Below, in pieces: positions 11,701-23,900 of a DNA stretch of 64,000 nucleotides. Source of the DNA: Azolla caroliniana (lineage: Eukaryota > Plantae > Polypodiophyta); the NCBI GenBank assembly GCA_043228905.1, contig JBHGNT010000006.1, positions 19,406,001 to 19,470,000 of the forward strand, given 5' to 3'. The translations under genes and the position numbers were made by a program. How positions within the stretch are numbered: position 1 is the stretch's first letter; every line of letters begins with the position of its first letter. A model generated the notes under the pieces. The model was not told the origin of the DNA, did no database searches, and worked only from the letters and a program-made list of their open reading frames with translations.

Positions 11701-14254
11701 CCAACACAGTCGTCTACCTAATGAATTGGTGTACAACATCCGACATGCATGAGGTCACCCTGCATGAGAAGTTTTTCGGAAGAAGCCGGATTTATCACAT
11801 GTTCGGATATTCGGCTCCATTGCTTATGTGTACATCCCCGACGAGAAGCGACAAAAGCTCGACCCGAACTCAAAGAAATGTATCTTTGTAGGATACTCAC
11901 TTGAGCAAAAGGGGTATAAGTGATATAACCCCTCAACTCGGAAGGTTCGTGGGATTCGAGATGTAGTCTTCGATGAATCGGCATCATGGTATGAACCCAA
12001 GTCGACTCCTCCTGAATCATTTCCAGTCAACCTGGAATCTACTGAACGAGAGATAGAAGATGGAGATCAACTCGAACACATGTTCGAAGAAATTTTGGTT
12101 ACAACAAGGCTTAGTGGGCCACAAGAGCCCCCGAGCAACCAAAGCACATCTCAACCTAGTCCGAAGATGGACAAAGGCAAGGCAAAAATGCCGGAGTATG
12201 AAGACGATCAATTCGACGGCAACGAATCGACTCACTCCCTCGATAGTGAGTTCGGTGGCTTCGATGTACCTATTATGAGGACACCTGGCGTAAAGAAAGC
12301 CATTGCCATGAAAAACGAAAAACTCCGTCGCCCCACCTGTGAGAAGAATCCTGTTAGTTGATTCAGCAACAACGATTGTATGGCATACCACCAGATGGAC
12401 ATCAAGAACGCCTTTCTTCAAGGCGATTTAGAAGAGGAAGTGTATATGGTACAACGACCCGGCTTCAAATCTACAATTAATCTGAAAGCCATCTGCCAAC
12501 TCAAGAAGCCTCTCTATGGCCTTAAGCAAGCACCGAGTGCTTGGCATTCGAAGATAACACAATATCTTCATCAAATTGGCTTTCGAATGTCGAAATCCGA
12601 CAACACCATCTACGTACGAAACAACTTTAGAAGCCTGATTGTCATCAACCTATACGTGGATGATCTGGTTATTGGAGGTGAGCATTTAGTCGACATCAGC
12701 AAGGTGAAGTCCCCCCTCTCCAACAAATTCAAGATGACAGACATAAAGGAGCTCCATTACTTCCTTGGCATCGAGGTAACTCCAGCCGGCATTATGATCT
12801 CTCAACGACACTACATCCTTAACTTGTTATACAAGTTCGGGATGGCTGAGTGTAAATTTGTGGCAACCCCTCTCGGTAGAAACCTCAAATTGGATGCAGA
12901 CTCCGGCACGAAAGAATGTGAACTGACTCAGTATTGACAACTAATTGGGAGCCTCATCTATCTCACGATCACTCAACCCAAACTTAGCTATCTGGTCGGT
13001 CTTCTCAACCAATTCATGCAACAACCACGAGACATTCACTTGGATTGCGCTAAGTGAGTATTACCATATGTGAGCGGCGCAATGAATGGTGGTATTTTCT
13101 ACGAATCGGCCACACCAATTCGACTCGAAGGGTACACAAATGCCGACGGGCCGCCTACAGAGCTAAGCAGCAATCGACCTCGGGATTATTCTTCTCGCTC
13201 GGCATCGGAGCAATATCTTGGAGTAGTAAGAAGCAGCCTACCTTTGCACTTTCAAGCATGGAGGCCGAATACAGGGGCGCAGTCGTAGCTGCATGTGAAG
13301 TCGTATGGCTCAAGAGGATTTTGAAGTATTTGGGCATTCTCATCAAGGATCTAACTCCCCTTTACTGCGACAACATGAGCAGTATTTATCTGGCTCAGAA
13401 CCCGGTGTTCCACCCAGGCACGAAGCATATCGAAGTGCACTATCACTTCATTCAAGAGTGCGTTCAGGCTAGAGATGTCGACCTTCAACATATTAACACA
13501 AATCTTCAAACAACCGACATCTTCACCAAGGCCCTAGGAGTCGACAAGCTTCGGCAATTCATGTTAGACCTTGGATTGATGATCCCTGACTTGCCAACCT
13601 TGAGGAGGAGTACAAGAGAGAACCGGATACTCTCTAAGCGGGTACGAGCTGAAGCGGACACTAGAGATCATCCGAACTAGATACTAGCCGAAGCGGACAT
13701 CAACCGAAAGAAACTGACCCGAGTTGAGCTTGAGGGGGCGTGTTGAGAATCAAGCTCAACCTAACATTGTGTGTGAACACACCCTTTGAGAACCTATGAG
13801 CACTCAAAGTTCAAGAGTCACACCACTTTCTACACATTAACTATGTGTCATAGAATCATATTCTATGACACATAACTAATAAGTCCCATATTCTCCATGA
13901 CTTCTTGACTTCTTTAAGTACTGACTAACATAGCTACATCTATCCATGGTTGAGGTTTAAGCATATGATGGTTGAGTCTTCACATTCCTCGAGGTTCTAG
14001 AGAGAGAGTGGACATTGTAGTGAGTTAATGAAGAGAGTGGGTGACCTTATATAAAGCACCCTCCTCCTACTTCATAGAATGTCAGTTGTGACTCCCTTTG
14101 TATGCTACATTTTTGCATTTCATATTCTCCTTGTGCATATACACCTTCTTCTTGAGTATTCTATTTTCCATTCTATCTTATCTATCTTGTGTTTTTCTCT
14201 TCTCTCCTCGCTTTCCTCTCACGCATACACATAATACATATGTGATTCTTTACA
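8141..14254 (+). mobile_element. Decayed near-full-length Ty1/copia element; LTRs 8141-8707 and 13741-14254
   Basis: TGTTG...TTTACA LTR pair. PBS TGGTGTCAGAGC (tRNA-iMet type) at 8708-8719. Gag, protease WFVDSGASNHMT, integrase (CASCQFGK, FIDDFS), RT YVDD and RNase H in order. PPT at 13732-13740. Multiple stops and an internal deletion in RT near 12385. Confidence 0.92.
9894..10753 (-). mobile_element. Solo LTR related to the gypsy family at 17595-25608, inserted in the copia protease
   Basis: Reverse complement aligns to both ends of LTR 17595-18708. Flanks are ACGT/ACAT (4-bp TSD with one transition). The host frame HMT|SHQEWF rejoins when it is removed. Confidence 0.88.
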
Positions 14255-14559
14255 ATAGTAAATAGGAATATTGTAGGCAGAATTAGTGTCAGGCTCATTT
14301 ATGAGCATTCAAGTACTAACGATAATTGTGTCAACTCACTTGTGAGGGCTTGTATAAAAAGTGCTCACCGAGCACATTGTCTATATAGAGTGTTCATTAT
14401 TTGAAATTAAAGTGTTGGTGTCTGCTCTCTCTATCTCTCTCTCACTATGTATCCATTCTTTGTGTTTACCTAACTGTTTAGTTCCGAACAATCGACTGTG
14501 TACTCGGTGTCTATCCACACGCTTCCGCACACGTATCTTTTCACAAACTTTCTTCCCAA

Positions 14560-15045
14560 GCAATCAAATTCAAAGAGGAATTTAAGGCCCTTGCCCTCCT
14601 TTCGAGCTTGCTTGCGAGTTGGGAGGTATTTTGCATGACTTTCCAAACTGTTGGCCTAGGCTGAACCTCGACAAGACAATCGGCCAAGTCCTCACAGAGG
14701 ACATTTGGCAAAAATCGATGGGACTTACCATCAACAAGTTGATAGATCCCACCACTCGACTAAGTCGATCAAGCGATCTAGTCAATCGAGAGAACAAGTC
14801 GACTGAACCGGTCAAAACTCTAGTAGACCGAGGAAGAGGGGAGACCGACAGGGGGTCGAAGTCGAGGAAAAGTCGACCAAGTGATTTCTGCACACATTCC
14901 CGAAAAACTAGTCACAATATTTCTGATTGTTGGTCGATCAAGAGGAAGGAGAGTGGTCAACGATTCGAGCGGAATTCAAGATGATCTGACTCGAACCGTT
15001 CTCTAATCAGTGGTGTCAACTCGGGCCGTCCAATCCAACCCGAAC
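14560..15045 (+). mobile_element. Ty1/copia gag fragment, same family as the element at 26455-29685
   Basis: KALALLSSL..SWEVFC, LDKTIGQVLTEDI and a degenerate zinc knuckle. DNA matches the reverse complement of ~29030-29500. Confidence 0.75.
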
Positions 15046-15049
15046 ATCC

Positions 15050-17594
15050 TCCCGAAATCCATGATGACTTCGTACATCTCCACTAAATTGACCGGAATCA
15101 TCCGGGCTTCGTGCAGATCCTCTTCGGCTACCCTCGTGATTTCTCCAAGGGTATCATCGAATGAGACCGCCTCCACGGCCCAAGGCGCTGCATGCCCTCA
15201 AGTGTCCTTCAACTTGCCTCTTCTCCCAGCCGCTAATGCCGGTTATGGAACAACCTTCATTAATGGAGGGCCAAAATCTCTTGCCTACGGTACAAGTGTG
15301 GGGTTTCTTCCGGTTTTCTGGACTATCATGACCCCACGCCTTGATAACCCTCTCTAAAAATCCTCTTGGTCGTCGTTGTCGAGAGACTCGCAATTCCAGT
15401 CGTGGTTCGGCCGGACTGCCAAGAACTATACGGAGTGCCGACCATCCTAACTTTTCACACTAGCATAGGTTGAACCGTTGTCCAGCACCTTCGTTTCCAT
15501 TCGAGCTACATGAATGTAAGGTTCGTCGAGGATGACCGGATGGGAGGATGTCTCCTACATGAAGAAGTGATGGTCAATCTCGACATCCCCGACCTTCACT
15601 TGGACGTTCGGGCATGCCCCGTGTAGCTCCTCTATGCCGTAGGCCGTCGCACGTATTTTCCATCTGTGCTTGGTGTTGATCGGCCATTTCCCTTTATTGT
15701 AGAATTCCATGGACATTAGGTTAATTTCAGACCCATGGTTGATCAAAGCCACCATTGGTTCATTTACGTTCCCGATCTAGACCGGTGTGTCTCTGTTGTC
15801 GCCCTCGCCCAATGCGGCTTCATAAAGTGGTTGGCCGAGAGCTCGTCTTCCGCGGTCCCCTCGTCAATGTGTACTGCTCTCACCTCTACGGGCTTCTCTA
15901 GCTCAGGCTCTGTTGAGAGCCGCTTTCGTTTTACCAGATCCACAATGGAGTCATGGAACTCCTTCTTTGTGATCCCTAGCACTTCCCTCAATGACAACTC
16001 TACTTTGTTATCGAGGATCCGCTCCTCCAAGACCTTCCGTAGGTCTGTCGCCCTCTCTTTCTCCAAGCTCAACCGGAAGCTCGTCAGCTTAGTCCCATCC
16101 TGTGTGCCTATCAGATCTCCGTCCTTCTTCTTCTGCGCACTGCGGGTATCGTACCAGTTCAACGGTCCAACTCCTTAGCTCTTCCGGGCCCGTTTGTCTT
16201 CTACCAGAACTTCGTAGTTCTGGCACGTAGCCTCCATGAAGCTAGTCTTTTCTTTGACCGGGTTGCTCCAGCCGGTGACTTCCTGCACCCACTTCTTCGC
16301 GAGGGCCGCCTCTTCCTTTCCCAATCTTACCCTGATAGGCCTCCCAACACTAGTGGCCAGAATTTGGAGTCGACACTCCTAACCCCTCCTACCCGGATCC
16401 CGGCGGATGCCGAATAGTGGACGGTTTTGGCATGCCAGACCACAACTTCCTTCATTCCACCGCGGCCAGTATTTACCTCCAGGGCCCTTCGCATATCGCA
16501 AGTGTGTACCCGACCATTTCAAAGGTACACCATGTTACTCTTAAGCACCTCGGAGAAATCGGCACAGTCCCTCCGAACGTGACCGACAGTATCGCACCAC
16601 ATGCACCTCTGGTCAAATGGCGGCCTCCGGTCGTGCAACTGACCCCCGTTGTCCCTCTATGCTTGCGCAATCTCGAGATCACACCATGTTGGTCAGCTCC
16701 TCAAGAGTTGCGCCCCCGGACGATCCTGCGACCACATTACTCGGCGTCGTGCCCGACTTGAGCCACTGTCTCGTTTCATCCGCTTTTGTCAGAACTGGTT
16801 ACTCCGGCTTCCTCACGGCACCCGCGCCGATCGTCGACAACCCCGCGTCGTTCCAATTGGTCGTTTGTCTAAACGGTCGCAAACTCTTTTGACCACAACC
16901 TAGTCGGTCATGAGGCCTTCATTCATCTCCAAGACGAGACCAACCTTCTCGCGGTCGAGCATGTCGACCGACTTCACAAACAATAGGACCCTGCTCGTAT
17001 CGAGCATGGTCTGGTCTAGCATCGAGAGTCGTGTGAACCACTATTCAAAATTTTGAAGCAAAGCCAACGTATTCCATCCCTTGTTGGGGCTCTCGACCCA
17101 ATCCATAAAGTCCTACTTCGACAGCCGGAGCAAGTCACCGAAACCATACCTTTCAAGGAGCCGCCCCTAAAATTCTGCCCAATTACGGCAATCTGCTTGC
17201 ACCTCGAGTACCTCGGCGTAGATGCTCGGTGTAACGACTCGAGGGAATCCGGCCAACCGTCTATCCTCCGGTATGTCCCTCATCATCATCTTGGCCCGGT
17301 AGGCCTCAAGGTAGCTAGTTGTATATTTTCCATTGAAACGGCCTATCGCTACGACTATCGATTCAACGGCTCTGTCGAGGGCGCTCGTGCCCTCTTGAGC
17401 GTTCACCAAGTGGTCAACCACCCCCGTCATGGCTTCAACGAGTTCGCTTCCTCTCATCTTCGGACTCCTCTGCCTCCCTTTTCACGTAGGGTTCACCAAA
17501 GATGTCGCGGTTTTCCGCGTGGATGCATAGAAATAGGACGGGACCACCGGGATCTCGGACCAAGGAGCCGGAATAAGGGGGAAGGGAGGACCGT
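15050..17594 (-). mobile_element. Truncated tRNA-Trp-primed Ty3/gypsy element: LTR end, PBS, gag-protease, start of pol. Its LTR continues at 25613-~26450 beyond the nested insertion.
   Basis: PBS TGGTGAACCCTACGTGAA at 17498-17481 next to LTR end ...CCGCGACA. Gag and protease (ALINHGSEINLMS) are homologous to the ORFs at 18770-20973. Confidence 0.85.
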
Positions 17595-18163
17595 TGTCAT
17601 GAAGATTTTCGACAATGGTGTGAAAATCACATAAAATGTACAAAATCAAGTATGAATCACATAAAACAATAATAGTGAAGTATCTAAGTACAAAATGATG
17701 GAGGTCTTCAAGAGCTTTCGAATGCACTTTATTACACAATAAACGGACAACTAGATGTCAAGATATGAGGGTATAAAGTTTGTGAAAGGAAAAGAGAAAA
17801 TTGTGAGATATCCCACATAGGCACGACAAATACGACTCTCATCATATATAAGGTAGAGCAAAAGTTATTATCTTTGTGTCTATGTGTTGAGCATAGAAAG
17901 TTCAAGGTAACTTGAACTAAGAGTGTAGGTGGCGTGGCCACTTGTAAAGGTTTTGGCCAACCAAAACTGGACCGGCGATGGAGTCAGTGATCCGACGGCA
18001 GCCGGCAAAGCAACGGTGGCACACTGGCAACCGGTGATTCGGCGGAACAGGCATCCAACGGAGCCGGCGAGGCGGCGGTATCGGCAACCGATGGCGACCA
18101 GCATCCGGCAAATCGACGTCCAAATTAATAAATATATATATATCGCATATATATACACAAGGA

Positions 18164-18235
18164 GGGCAAGTGAGGATTCGAACCTTGCACCTCCTAGTTA
18201 AGAGTCAATAAGCTTACCACTAAGCCATGACATTT
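18164..18235 (-). other. tRNA-derived (Lys-CTT-like) A-box/B-box module inside the 5' LTR
   Basis: Minus strand reads TGGCTTAGTGGTAAGC (A box with D-stem GCTT/AAGC), TGACTCTTAA, then AGGTTCGAATCCT (B box/T-arm) at tRNA spacing. No acceptor stem. Confidence 0.7.
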
Positions 18236-18716
18236 AGTTGAATTTATATATCTATCATTGTACTTTTACATGGAAATTCTCATACATGAGAGCTAAAATG
18301 AGTGACATGGTTATCATGCACCACATGTAATACATGTACGCCAAATGGCAAACATGCATTTTATGCATGTCTTGTACCCTCACATGCATCATATGCATGA
18401 GAGCATCTATAAAAGAAGGGATGAAAAAGAAGAAGGGTTAGGTTTTTTTTTGTTATGAAATTAAGAAGAAGAGAATTCGTTATCGAATTGATCATGTAAC
18501 TTGTTTCTTAAAATCTAAAATCAAGAGTTCAATCTTAATCTCTCTCAATCTAAAGTCAAGCGTTATATTCTATCTCAAGCTCTCTCTCTCTCTTTCAATC
18601 TATCCTAAATACTTTCTTAGTAAGCTTGGTGCGAACTTCGATCCTTCCGGTCTAGAACCCCGGCGGTTCCGCCTCGCGATCCGCGCCTAGTGACAGATCT
18701 TCATGACATAATTAAG

Positions 18717-18734
18717 TGGTGAACCCGACGTGAA
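18717..18734 (+). promoter_or_regulatory. Primer-binding site complementary to the tRNA-Trp 3' end
   Basis: TGGTGAACCCGACGTGAA, 8 nt after the LTR. It is the complement of ...TTCACGTCGGGTTCACCA (plant cytosolic tRNA-Trp, recalled rather than searched). Confidence 0.8.
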
Positions 18735-20963
18735 AGAGGCGGTAGGAAGGATCAAGCCGAGATTAATACTTGGAGATGGTGTCCTCAAGCAACCAAGCGG
18801 GCGAGCTTGAAAGGATGATGCTAATCGTCAAACAAATGATGAGATCTCGAGACAATGATGCGAGCATGGAGAAGGCCGTCGACCGTGTCGTAGAGCTCGA
18901 GGGTCAATTTGATGGAAGGAATGTTACGAAGTTCCTTGATACATATAGAAGGGAGATGAATAGAGGGACGTGTCCAAAGCACGTCAAATCGCAAGCTTTA
19001 AGAGAGTTGTCGCCAATAATGTCCAAAGACGCATCATCGAACTTCAAGAAGGTAAGACAACATGGTCCGAGTTCGAGAAAACGATACTAGCGAAGTTCGC
19101 GACTGAAGACTCAACGAGGATGACTCAACATGCCTTGATGAAGTGGATAGAGAAGAAGAATAAGAAGATGAGCGCCTTGAGGGTGTAGGACGAATTCGAC
19201 CAAATGTTTAGACGTCTCCCCAACAAGAACACACTGTTGCTTGAAGAGGACAAGACTTTGTACTTCTTCAAAGCTGTGGACATGAAGGATAGACTAGAAT
19301 TGGGGACTCTTCTCGAAGACGATAACCAAGCAAATGGGCTTGTAGCGGACTGGATCGCGATGAAGCGGGTGTGCAATAGGCTCGACAAGCGTCGCCAATG
19401 GGTTGACGACACCGACGTGATGGGATCAACTATCACGGAAAAAGCAAGACCGCCGAAAGTAGCTGAGCCGCCAAAACAAAGTGACGTGGAAGAAAAGAAG
19501 GTTGGTGATGACGTCATCGAAGAACTGGCGAAGAAGTTCGAGAAGGTCACGCTAGCCAACATGAATCGTCGGGGGCCCAAAGGAAAAGAACCCTTTAGAT
19601 GCATGTGGTGCGATAGCATGGACCACATAAGAAGGGATTGCGCGAGCCTTCGAGAGGCGATCCAACAAAATATCGTGTACATAGATGACAACATGATCTG
19701 CTCAAGCGAGACTAGAAGACCCCTACGGGTGAATTTCGAAAGAGGAGGAATGAAGAAAGCTATGGAGGATGCCGATGCGACTCATGTGGATGCGATGCAC
19801 TATGCTTCGTCGGCCGGAATAAGAGTCGGGAAAGACAGAAATGAAGCTGCAAAAGTGGGAGCCAAGTTTTGGTCTTCCGTTCTCGAGTATGAGAAGATGG
19901 GGAAGGTCACATCGAACGAGGTAGAGTTTGCGGACCAAAGCGTGCAAAGCATAACCGGGTGGTTGGATCCGGTGAACGACAACACCATACTTGCGGAGGT
20001 GATGTGTGACAACCACGAGGTGTTAGTCGAAGAAAAGAGAAAAAGAATAGAAGAGCAAGGACCATCAAAAAGACATGAAACAAGGAACACGAAAAAGAAG
20101 GACGAATCAGAGACAATTCGACCTTTACAAACGGAGGAACGAGAATCAAGCCGAAAAGAGGAGCCGAGCATACGAGTTGAAGAAACGGTTCAGCCCGTGA
20201 AGGTTAGTGTCGAAGACCCGGCTCGGAGGACAAGGACTATGCCTACCTATAAGCTAAGGTCCGACATACAACAGACGACGGACCTAAAGAAGATTCTCGA
20301 AGAACGAGTTCTTGATAGCCACGTGACTTTGTCCTTGAGGGAATTGCTTGGCATTACGAAGAAGGAGTTCCATGACACGATCGTGGACCTTGTAAAGAGA
20401 AAGAGACAACAATCGGAAGAGGAAGAAGAGAAGCCACAAAAAGCAAAAATGAATGCCATAATGATGGCAAGAGACGAAGTCAATGAAGATATGGTGGACA
20501 GCCACTATACTCGACCTCATTGGGCATGAGCAACAACAGAGACGTTGGTGAAGATCGGGGAGAAGAAAGAGACTGTGGTAGCTTTGATCGACCACGGCTT
20601 GGAGATCAACCTCATGTCAACCGACTTCTACAAAAAAGGAAGATTGCCAATCAATACAAACCACGGATGGAAGATTCGTGCAGCAACAAAGTCTACGGAG
20701 GACTCTTACGGAGCTTGTCCCAATGTCAAAGTCACGATCGGGGATGTGGAGATGGATCAACACTTCTTCGTACAAGAATCAGCGTCGCATCCTGTCATCC
20801 TAGGGCAACCTTATATCACATCATCTCGGATGGAGACCAAAGTGTTTGATAATGGAGCAGCCTTCACACGAATAAAGAGTCTTGACAACCAAAGATCGGT
20901 CCAATTCCTAACGGTGTGAGCCAATCATGAAAGGAATCGAGATAGTCTCGGAGGCAAATCCTC

Positions 20964-20973
20964 GGATTTTTAG
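20964..20973 (+). promoter_or_regulatory. Candidate -1 ribosomal frameshift site G_GAT_TTT_TAG at the end of gag-protease
   Basis: Slippery heptamer abuts the ORF1 stop. An identical motif sits at the homologous position in the minus-strand relative (15363-15354). Confidence 0.65.
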
Positions 20974-23900
20974 AGCGGACTATTGAAGCATGGAGCACAA
21001 ATATTCCAAGCAATCACAAGACCCCACAAGTAAGAAGAGTGTGTGGATTGCAAGGAGAAGCAACACGTGTCACACCTAGTGGCGCATGTAAACTAGTCTA
21101 CCCGACAAGAAGGACAAGCGTCGGATACAAGAATTCGAGAAGATGCTGAAAGAAGAAAACATAATAGAAGAAGGAGAGTTCGTGACTCATATTATGGAAG
21201 AAGCCTCATTTAACGACACCATCAGAGAAATCGAGGACGTCGTGGACTTGAGCTATCTTCACGACCAACGCGTGATTTCAGTTAACTACGTCAACATGTA
21301 CGCTATCATCGATGAATACCGTCATGGCATCTCGATGAAGGAAGCTGACATCAACACGAAATATAAAACGGTGGATAAGAAGATCAAGCCAGTTGCGGTT
21401 CCACTACTAGAAGATAGCTAGCAAAAGATGAAGGAAGTCGCTAACGATCCAAGCTTAAGAGATCCGAAGACGATAGGTCATGTCTTCACCGAAGAGACGA
21501 AGGGGAAGCTACGAGTTGGAAAGGAGGATTTCCTTCTCCCTGAAGAGGAGTGAATGTTTCGTGATATGCTTGAGAGACATGGGAAGGCTTTCGCATTCTT
21601 CCCACGAGAAATCGGATGTGCCGACCCAAAGGTTATAGAGCCGATGGTGATCTTCACGGTGCCTCATGTGCCTTGGAATTTGAAACCGATACCGGTTCCG
21701 AGAGCACACCTTCCGAAGCTGATCGAGCTCTTAAAGGAGAAGGTGAGTATGGGAATTCTAGAACCGTCGAATGCTCCTTATTCCAATAGGTGGTTCACGA
21801 TGCCGAAGAAGAATGGATCATTGCGATTCATCCAAGATCTTCAACCCGTCAACAAGGTGACAATTCGAAATGCCGGAATCGGTCCGAGCGTGGACGAATT
21901 TGCCGAAGAGTTTGCGGGGCCGGTCCATCTACTCCATTGGCGATCTCTACTCCGGATATGACCAATTCCAATTGGCGATCAACAGTCGGGACATTACAAC
22001 CATGAGGACTTCGATCGGGCTTGTGCGGATGTGTACCTTACCCCAAGGCGCAACGAACTCGATGGCTCATATGGTGAATCCCATGAATAAAGTCTTGAAG
22101 GATTGCATCCCGGACATCACGATGTCATTCTTGGATGATATTCCGATAAAAGGATGTTCGGATGAGGAGAAAGATGAATCGAAAGATAAGGAAGGTTGTA
22201 GAAAGTTTGTTGCAGATCATATGAAAGATTGCGAGAAGGTGCTTCAAAGGCTCAAAGATGCGAATTTGACATTTTCGGGAGAAAAATCCGCATTCGGGCA
22301 ACCGGAGATCTTGGTGGTAGGTCACTTATGTGGGGCATACGGCCGGAAGCCTTCGCCATACAAAGTGAACGCGATCCAAGACATGAAAGAAGAATGCGAA
22401 AATCAAACGGAGGTTCGAAGGTTCCTTGGAGCATGCGCGTTTTATCATATATGGATTCCTCACTACGCTCATGTTGCGGAACCGTTATATGGACTACTAA
22501 AGAAAAGAATGAAGTTCGAATGGTGAAGCGAGCATACAAACGCGATGCGAGGATTGAAGAAACTACTTCTTGAAGCTCCAGCACTAAGAAAGGCCAACTA
22601 TACCGAAAGGAAGCCGATTTATGTGACTGTAGATACGAGCCCAACCGGAATCGGGTGGGTCATCAACCAAGAAGGAGAAGATAATGCGCGATATGCCATC
22701 CGGTTCGGAGCGAAGGTTCTCAACGAACGGCAACAAAGATATGCCCAAGTCAAGCGGGAACTTTGGGGTATTGTGTCGGCAGTGAAGACGGACAAAGATT
22801 ACCTGATCGGGTCGGAAGTGATAATAGAGACAAATTGTCTCCCAATTCTTGGAATGGTCTCGGGATGTGCGACCCCAGATCTTGCTATGCTAAGGTGGAT
22901 CGCCTACATCAAGTCTTTAAACCCAAAGATCCGTCACATTGCAGGGAAGAAGAACGCCATGGCTGACATGCTGTCGAGGGCAAGATTTGAAAATGGAAGC
23001 GACATGGTTTCGGAAGATGAAGATGTCGCCCTCGACTTCTTCAAGATGGCTCGATTATCGGCGGAAGACCAGGACACGCAAACCCTCCACGCCTTCAACG
23101 AGAACAAGTACGAAGGAGAGTGATTATTGAATGGTAGATTCCTAAGAACATTGACGGCAGATGCTTCGTTGACAAAGGAGGAGGCCCTACGAATCCAGAA
23201 GAAAGCTTACTGATACTTCTTGAAGGGAGGATTCCTTTGGCGACATCCAAAAAGAAGGATAGGAATACCACGTCGAGTGGTGGTGAAGAAAGACGAGCAA
23301 GAGACGTTGATGACCAAATTCCACGAGAGTGCTTGGGCAGGTCATAGAGGAACATGGGCGACGTTCGAAAAGTTGAAGGAGAAGTACTGGTGGCCAAGCA
23401 TGTACAAAGATGTACTCCATTTCGTGTCCACATGCGAAACTTGCCAAATATATTCAAATATACGTCATTGTGATGAGTTACAACTGACATACCCACTCAC
23501 CATACACTTCAAATGGATGGTGGATCTGGTCTCAGTGCCAATGGGAGTGGGACAAATGAAGTAATTAGCGCTGGCGAGGGAAGACTTGACAAATCAAGTG
23601 GAAGGACGAGCCTTGACAAATAAGACGACTTCAGCCGTCTGCAAATTTTTGCTTGAAGAGGTTGTTTGCCGATACAGATGTGTGGGGAAGATAGTGGCTG
23701 ACCGAGGGGAGTTGGATGCGCACGAAGCGATGGAGCTCTTCGAACGACTAGGTGTGAAGCTCTCCCTCACGACTGCCTACAATCCGGAAGCGAATGGGAA
23801 GATCGAGCGAGAGCATGGACCTATCGTTAAAGCCATCGTACGGGCATGCAATGGTCGAGTCGGGAATTGGCCACGACTATTACCCTATGCCTTGTGGGCC

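Noticed and set aside
18164-18235. Functional tRNA-Lys gene
   Set aside because: No acceptor stem and a weak anticodon stem. Reported as a tRNA-derived module instead.
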